Assembly: GCA_963664705.1 (NCBI GenBank)
Contig: OY761556.1
Location: 384,001-448,000, forward strand
Direction: 5' to 3'
Length of the DNA: 64,000 bases
Source of the DNA: Acidobacteriota bacterium
Lineage (GTDB): Bacteria > Acidobacteriota > UBA6911
Positions 60,212-64,000 of the stretch are shown in pieces. Numbering within the stretch: the first letter of the stretch is position 1; every line of letters begins with the position of its first letter. A model generated the notes under the pieces. It was not told the origin of the DNA, ran no database searches, and worked only from the letters and a program-made list of their open reading frames with translations. The translations under genes and the position numbers were made by a program.

Positions 60212-60264
60212 TACAGGTAGCGGCTGCAAGTTTTGAGGCCTGTGACTTGCAGCTGCAACCTGTA
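60212..60264. repeat. Intercistronic 20-bp imperfect hairpin with approximate 7-nt periodicity
   Basis: TACAGGTAGCGGCTGCAAGT / ACTTGCAGCTGCAACCTGTA (18/20). Confidence 0.65.
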
Positions 60265-60273
60265 CTGTGTCTC

Positions 60274-62007
60274 CTACTTCTTGAATTCCTCGATATTCCT
60301 GGCGACCTTGCCGTTCGGCAAAGTGACCGGCAGGACAATGCCTTCGCTGTGCAATGCCCAGGGCAGAATAACACCGGAATGACCGCCGCGCCCGCCGGCA
60401 ACCACGATTTCAACATCCTTGGGCGAACGTGTTACCGGCATCGGATGTTTTGTCGCGAACTCGGGTGGGCGGACCGGTACAAGCCCTCTTCCGCGCACCA
60501 TGGGGGTATCGTGAACGGCGCGCAGATGAATGTGCTCGCGGATCATGTCTTTTGTGTATCCTGAATTCTTGAGCATCATTCCATGATCGGGCGTGAGGAC
60601 GAGGATGAGCGGGCCTGGAATGTAGGCGTTGTTGGTGCCGAGCGTGGTGCAGCAATCCGTAATCGTATCCAGGAGATCGTGGCCATTCAGGCTCAGGAAA
60701 TCAATGATATCGTGCTGCGGTTCCGCCTTGAGGACATAGACGGTGGTGGTTTCCGCGTCGTAGTGTTCCTCGTTAATCATCTGCCATTGGGCCAGACTCG
60801 GTTCTTCGGCAAAGCAGTAGGTAAATTCCGCCTGCGAGGCAATACAATCCAGATCGCAGATGCCGGGCACCGAACGACAGACGTTCAGGATAACCAGGTT
60901 TACAGCACGGCCCAACGTGGCATTTCCAGGATAGCCGGGACCGAGGCATCCTTGTTTGCCGGACAGCCCGATCTGCTGCGCAATGGGTCCGCTGACCAGA
61001 ACCAGGTTTCCCCCGGGATGCGAGGTCGTAACGGATTGAAGCAGATTGTATCTGCGGTCCGCCAGCGCTTTAAACGCAGCCACCAATACGGGCATGGCCT
61101 GCGGCTTACATCCGGCCATGACCGCGGCAATCGCGACATCCTTAACCGTAACGTCCTTGCCGGTCGGCCCGACTTCACGCCACAGCGTTTCGTCCGGGCT
61201 CCAGGGGCAGTAGGCATACATTCGGTTCAGCCGGGACTGAGTCGGCGGAATCACTGGCAGTCCATCTCCGATGTGCTCCCGGTCGAGATAATCCATGACC
61301 TCTTCCATGTAGCAGCCCGGTTCGCACAGTTTGTCCTCCTGGACTTTGAGTGCTTCCGTTATTGGCAGGAGGCCATCTGCGGCCGGAGGAACGAGATCCA
61401 TCTTGAAATCGATGCGGGCTACTTCTGCCAGTTTCTTGGGTTCGGCCGTCAACGAATCAGTGATGTAATCCCACTTCAGATCGATCTGTTGCCGGACTTC
61501 CTCAACAGTGCTCGCCTGGTAGATATCAATTTTGCACAGGCACAGGTTGCCGGCGCGATAGACGGCAACACCCTCCACCAGTTCGCCGCCCGGAGGCGCC
61601 GTAATATAGACGGTCGGGATACCAAGTTTTTCCAGCGCGATGGTTACAATGCACGTGGCGGGAGATGTTCCCATATCGCCAAGTGCTACCACGGCCGCAT
61701 CCGGCTTTTCCTTGGCCAGCATCGCCGCATATGCCTCCAGCGCTTTCGTGTCCTTTCCTCTAACGGTTTCCAGATAATCAATAAAATTGCTGATTCCCAT
61801 TTCACGAAAGCGCTCCTTGATACGGACAAAGACCTCTCCGTAATTGCAGAAGCTGAGTTTCGTGTTGTTGTAAAACAGAATTTTGCCTTTTTTCAGCTTA
61901 TCAATAGTTGTCCTGGGGGCCAGTTTTAGAATTGGCCTCTCCTGAATTCCACGCGGGTCCAACAAAGAAGTAAGTTTACCGTCCAAGTGAAGACACTCCT
62001 TTCGCAT
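60274..62007 (-). CDS. UGSC-family-like fusion protein (N-terminal UGSC-like domain + large partner domain), lacking Sec
   Basis: N-domain NNTK...DAAVVALGDMGTS...LEKLGIPTV. C-domain GDGLPVIPPT, VAIAAVMAGCKP, NATLGRAV.L, CFAE and IVVAGG. Confidence 0.7.
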   Translation of the reverse strand: MRKECLHLDGKLTSLLDPRGIQERPILKLAPRTTIDKLKKGKILFYNNTKLSFCNYGEVFVRIKERFREMGISNFIDYLETVRGKDTKALEAYAAMLAKEKPDAAVVALGDMGTSPATCIVTIALEKLGIPTVYITAPPGGELVEGVAVYRAGNLCLCKIDIYQASTVEEVRQQIDLKWDYITDSLTAEPKKLAEVARIDFKMDLVPPAADGLLPITEALKVQEDKLCEPGCYMEEVMDYLDREHIGDGLPVIPPTQSRLNRMYAYCPWSPDETLWREVGPTGKDVTVKDVAIAAVMAGCKPQAMPVLVAAFKALADRRYNLLQSVTTSHPGGNLVLVSGPIAQQIGLSGKQGCLGPGYPGNATLGRAVNLVILNVCRSVPGICDLDCIASQAEFTYCFAEEPSLAQWQMINEEHYDAETTTVYVLKAEPQHDIIDFLSLNGHDLLDTITDCCTTLGTNNAYIPGPLILVLTPDHGMMLKNSGYTKDMIREHIHLRAVHDTPMVRGRGLVPVRPPEFATKHPMPVTRSPKDVEIVVAGGRGGHSGVILPWALHSEGIVLPVTLPNGKVARNIEEFKK

Positions 62008-62085
62008 TCCTGATTTAGCACAAACAGCCTAATTTGGGGTGGCAGCCAGGTCAACGAAAATCGGGTAGGAATCTGTGCCGCGGGC

Positions 62086-62158
62086 GCCTTTGGAGCGGGC
62101 CGTTTGCTGCCGCCTTATAGAGCCGAAAGATGGTGGCAATCCACCGTTCTTCCAAGGC
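62086..62158. repeat. Degenerate REP-like doublet
   Basis: GCCTTTGGAGCGGGCCGTTTGCTGCCGCCTT ... GGTGGCAATCCACCGTTCTTCCAAGGC. Confidence 0.55.
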
Positions 62159-62167
62159 CTTCAACAT

Positions 62168-62207
62168 AAAAAAAGGCTGGCGATCGATATGATTGCCAGC
62201 CTTTTTT
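62168..62207 (-). terminator. Rho-independent terminator (A/T tracts on both sides)
   Basis: AAAAAAAGGCTGGCGATC / GATTGCCAGCCTTTTTT. Confidence 0.85.
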
Positions 62208-62224
62208 AAATTGGGATTCAGCAG

Positions 62225-64000
62225 CTATGCTTTACCGAGCTTGCCCTTGGACTGCAGGACGTCGGCGACCTGCTTCATGCCGAGATCCTCGAGCGTCTTG
62301 CGTTTGGGATAACCCGAATCCGGGTCCCAGCCCTCGATCTTATAGAAGTGAGTCTTAAACTGATCGACTCCTTCCCTGGTGAAGTAGAGTTCCTTGCAGT
62401 TTTGGAACTCCCATTTATCACCGTTGAGGATGGGCAACGTCTGGGCATATCCGCAATAGGAGGCGCCGGGCCTGTAGTAATAGCCCGAGAAATTCTCCAT
62501 CTTTTTGTGTCTGCCCTGCATCACGAAAATCGCCCGCTTTAAAGTCCATGCGCGTCGGCCAATCTCCAATCCATCGTTGAAGGAATGGTTTCTTCCGGTG
62601 ATTGCATTGAGGAACGTGGGTTCGGCGGTAGGAGTGCGCCCGTTGTTGAGCTGGCAGTATCCCCAATCGCAGAAGCCGACCGATTCCTTGTAATAGTTCC
62701 AGTAGTGTTGGTGCCAGGCGACCCATTCGGCTTTGTGTTTGGAATAGATGCCCGTCTTATACGCCTGATCCCCTTGCCAGGTATAATCGAACCAGAGCGG
62801 TTCGTTCCTTAGCGTGCCGGCCGCATAGTTTTTCACACTCTGTTCAGCATCCCCTCGCCCCCAGCTGATATCGTGGCTGTTGATATCTCTGGAATCGAGC
62901 AGATTGCCGTAAGCCCATTCGACTCCGGGCATGGACCAGTGATCCATGAATCCCCACATTGTCTGGCGAGCCAGAGTATTGAAGTCATCGGTTCTTCCAA
63001 TCGCTTCAACCAGGCGAGCTGTTCCCTCTCCGAGGAGCTTGCCAAAGCCTTCTCGGTTGGCGATCGCCCGGCCATACATCTCCATGAATTCCTGGCTTGG
63101 GAATTTTTCCATTGGAAGAGGCGCCGTGTCGAACTTGGTGCCGGGGCCGATGATCTTCATCTCATACATCTTCATCATGTACCAGCCGAGCGCGGAGTAG
63201 GCGGGAATATTCGGCTGAATCGGGAATTCCTTGTTGTGGGCAGTCGGGAATGACATCGGACCCTGGAAACAGGTTTCCATGCCATTGATTCCAAACTGCT
63301 GAATGATGTCGGTCCCTTTCTGATTGATGTCGCGCGGGAGTTGCACACCGTTGGACTGTTCTTTCGTAATGGAGAACCATGTCGATTCCGCGCAATCGTC
63401 GGAATCCGCACTGTAAGCCCGGTTTCGCGTGTGGCACATTCTGCTGCCCATGCCGCAGCCCGCGCAGCATGAGGAAACATCATTGGCTCCGCCGCCAAAC
63501 CCGCCGCCGCCGGGAGTGCCGCGGAAATACTTTTCCTTGGCATCAACAAGCGCTTTGGGATCGGCTATTTTGAGACTGCCGGAGCCTACGACCGCAACGG
63601 CTTTCAGGTTTTTTGAACCGAAAACGCCGCCAAATCCACCCTGACCGGCGCCACTGCCGCCGCCATGTACGAGGGAAGCAACTCTCGTCATGTTTTCACC
63701 GGCCGCTCCAATCGTGACGATTGCGGGTCTTTGCAGCGTAAATCCGCCATCCAACTGCTGCCAATCCGTTCCGTAGCGAACGCCTGTTCTCTTCCAGATT
63801 TCCTCCTGGCATTTCCAAGTGGTCATGCCCCATAAATCTTTGGCGTCTTCCAGGGTCACTTTGTCGTCAACGATATTGATGTATACAGGAGAGTCCGCTT
63901 TGCCTATCACTGCCACGCCATCCCAGCCGGCCAGCTTCAGCATCGTAGAAAACGTGCCGCCGAAATTGCTGTGACACCACCACTGGATTGGATAACACTG
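62225..64000 (-). CDS. Second AOR/WOR/YdhV-family oxidoreductase (5' end outside the window)
   Basis: The frame is open to the window edge (QCYPIQWWCHSNFGGTFSTMLKLAGWDG); GAAGEN, GGVFGSKNLKAV and DSGYPKRKTLEDLGM. Paralog of 25903-27948. Confidence 0.92.
   Translation of the reverse strand, partial: QCYPIQWWCHSNFGGTFSTMLKLAGWDGVAVIGKADSPVYINIVDDKVTLEDAKDLWGMTTWKCQEEIWKRTGVRYGTDWQQLDGGFTLQRPAIVTIGAAGENMTRVASLVHGGGSGAGQGGFGGVFGSKNLKAVAVVGSGSLKIADPKALVDAKEKYFRGTPGGGGFGGGANDVSSCCAGCGMGSRMCHTRNRAYSADSDDCAESTWFSITKEQSNGVQLPRDINQKGTDIIQQFGINGMETCFQGPMSFPTAHNKEFPIQPNIPAYSALGWYMMKMYEMKIIGPGTKFDTAPLPMEKFPSQEFMEMYGRAIANREGFGKLLGEGTARLVEAIGRTDDFNTLARQTMWGFMDHWSMPGVEWAYGNLLDSRDINSHDISWGRGDAEQSVKNYAAGTLRNEPLWFDYTWQGDQAYKTGIYSKHKAEWVAWHQHYWNYYKESVGFCDWGYCQLNNGRTPTAEPTFLNAITGRNHSFNDGLEIGRRAWTLKRAIFVMQGRHKKMENFSGYYYRPGASYCGYAQTLPILNGDKWEFQNCKELYFTREGVDQFKTHFYKIEGWDPDSGYPKRKTLEDLGMKQVADVLQSKGKLGKA

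Noticed and set aside
60583-61929. 448-aa plus-strand ORF; also possible Sec readthrough in the UGSC-like gene
   Set aside because: The ORF is an antisense shadow; the real gene has ATG rather than TGA at the motif, so no recoding is needed.

Overview
Gene-dense, moderately GC-rich bacterial window with about 40 CDSs. No rRNA, tRNA, CRISPR array or intact transposase was seen. Three large TonB-dependent transporters (TBDTs) with an N-terminal carboxypeptidase-regulatory-like domain, an acidobacterial-type VWA protein and secreted TPR/M1 proteins suggest Acidobacteriota; the AOR-family enzymes suggest an anaerobic lifestyle (both inferred). Left part: GH39 + GH144 + TBDT glycan locus, sensor-less HK/REC/HDOD trio, RlmN/Cfr-like radical SAM protein, MFS pump, Spy/CpxP-like protein, a two-component system led by two TPR-DUF3108-like paralogs, and a VWA locus. 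Middle: esterase, Tat-FeS subunit, AOR-family and ene-reductase operon plus assorted redox and transferase genes. Right part (43.6-64 kb) is the most unusual. Twin TBDT units share an identical promoter and a conserved 5'-leader hairpin. They converge on a cluster of two orphan xanthine-oxidase-family Mo subunits with a CFRHG active-site loop, a secreted tannase-fold protein lacking its catalytic triad, an FAD oxidoreductase, a Sec-less fused UGSC-family protein and a second AOR-family enzyme. Intergenic space carries REP-like palindromes and 7-/9-mer periodic hairpins, one enclosing an IS3-like fragment. All family assignments come from motif recognition by eye, not database searches.
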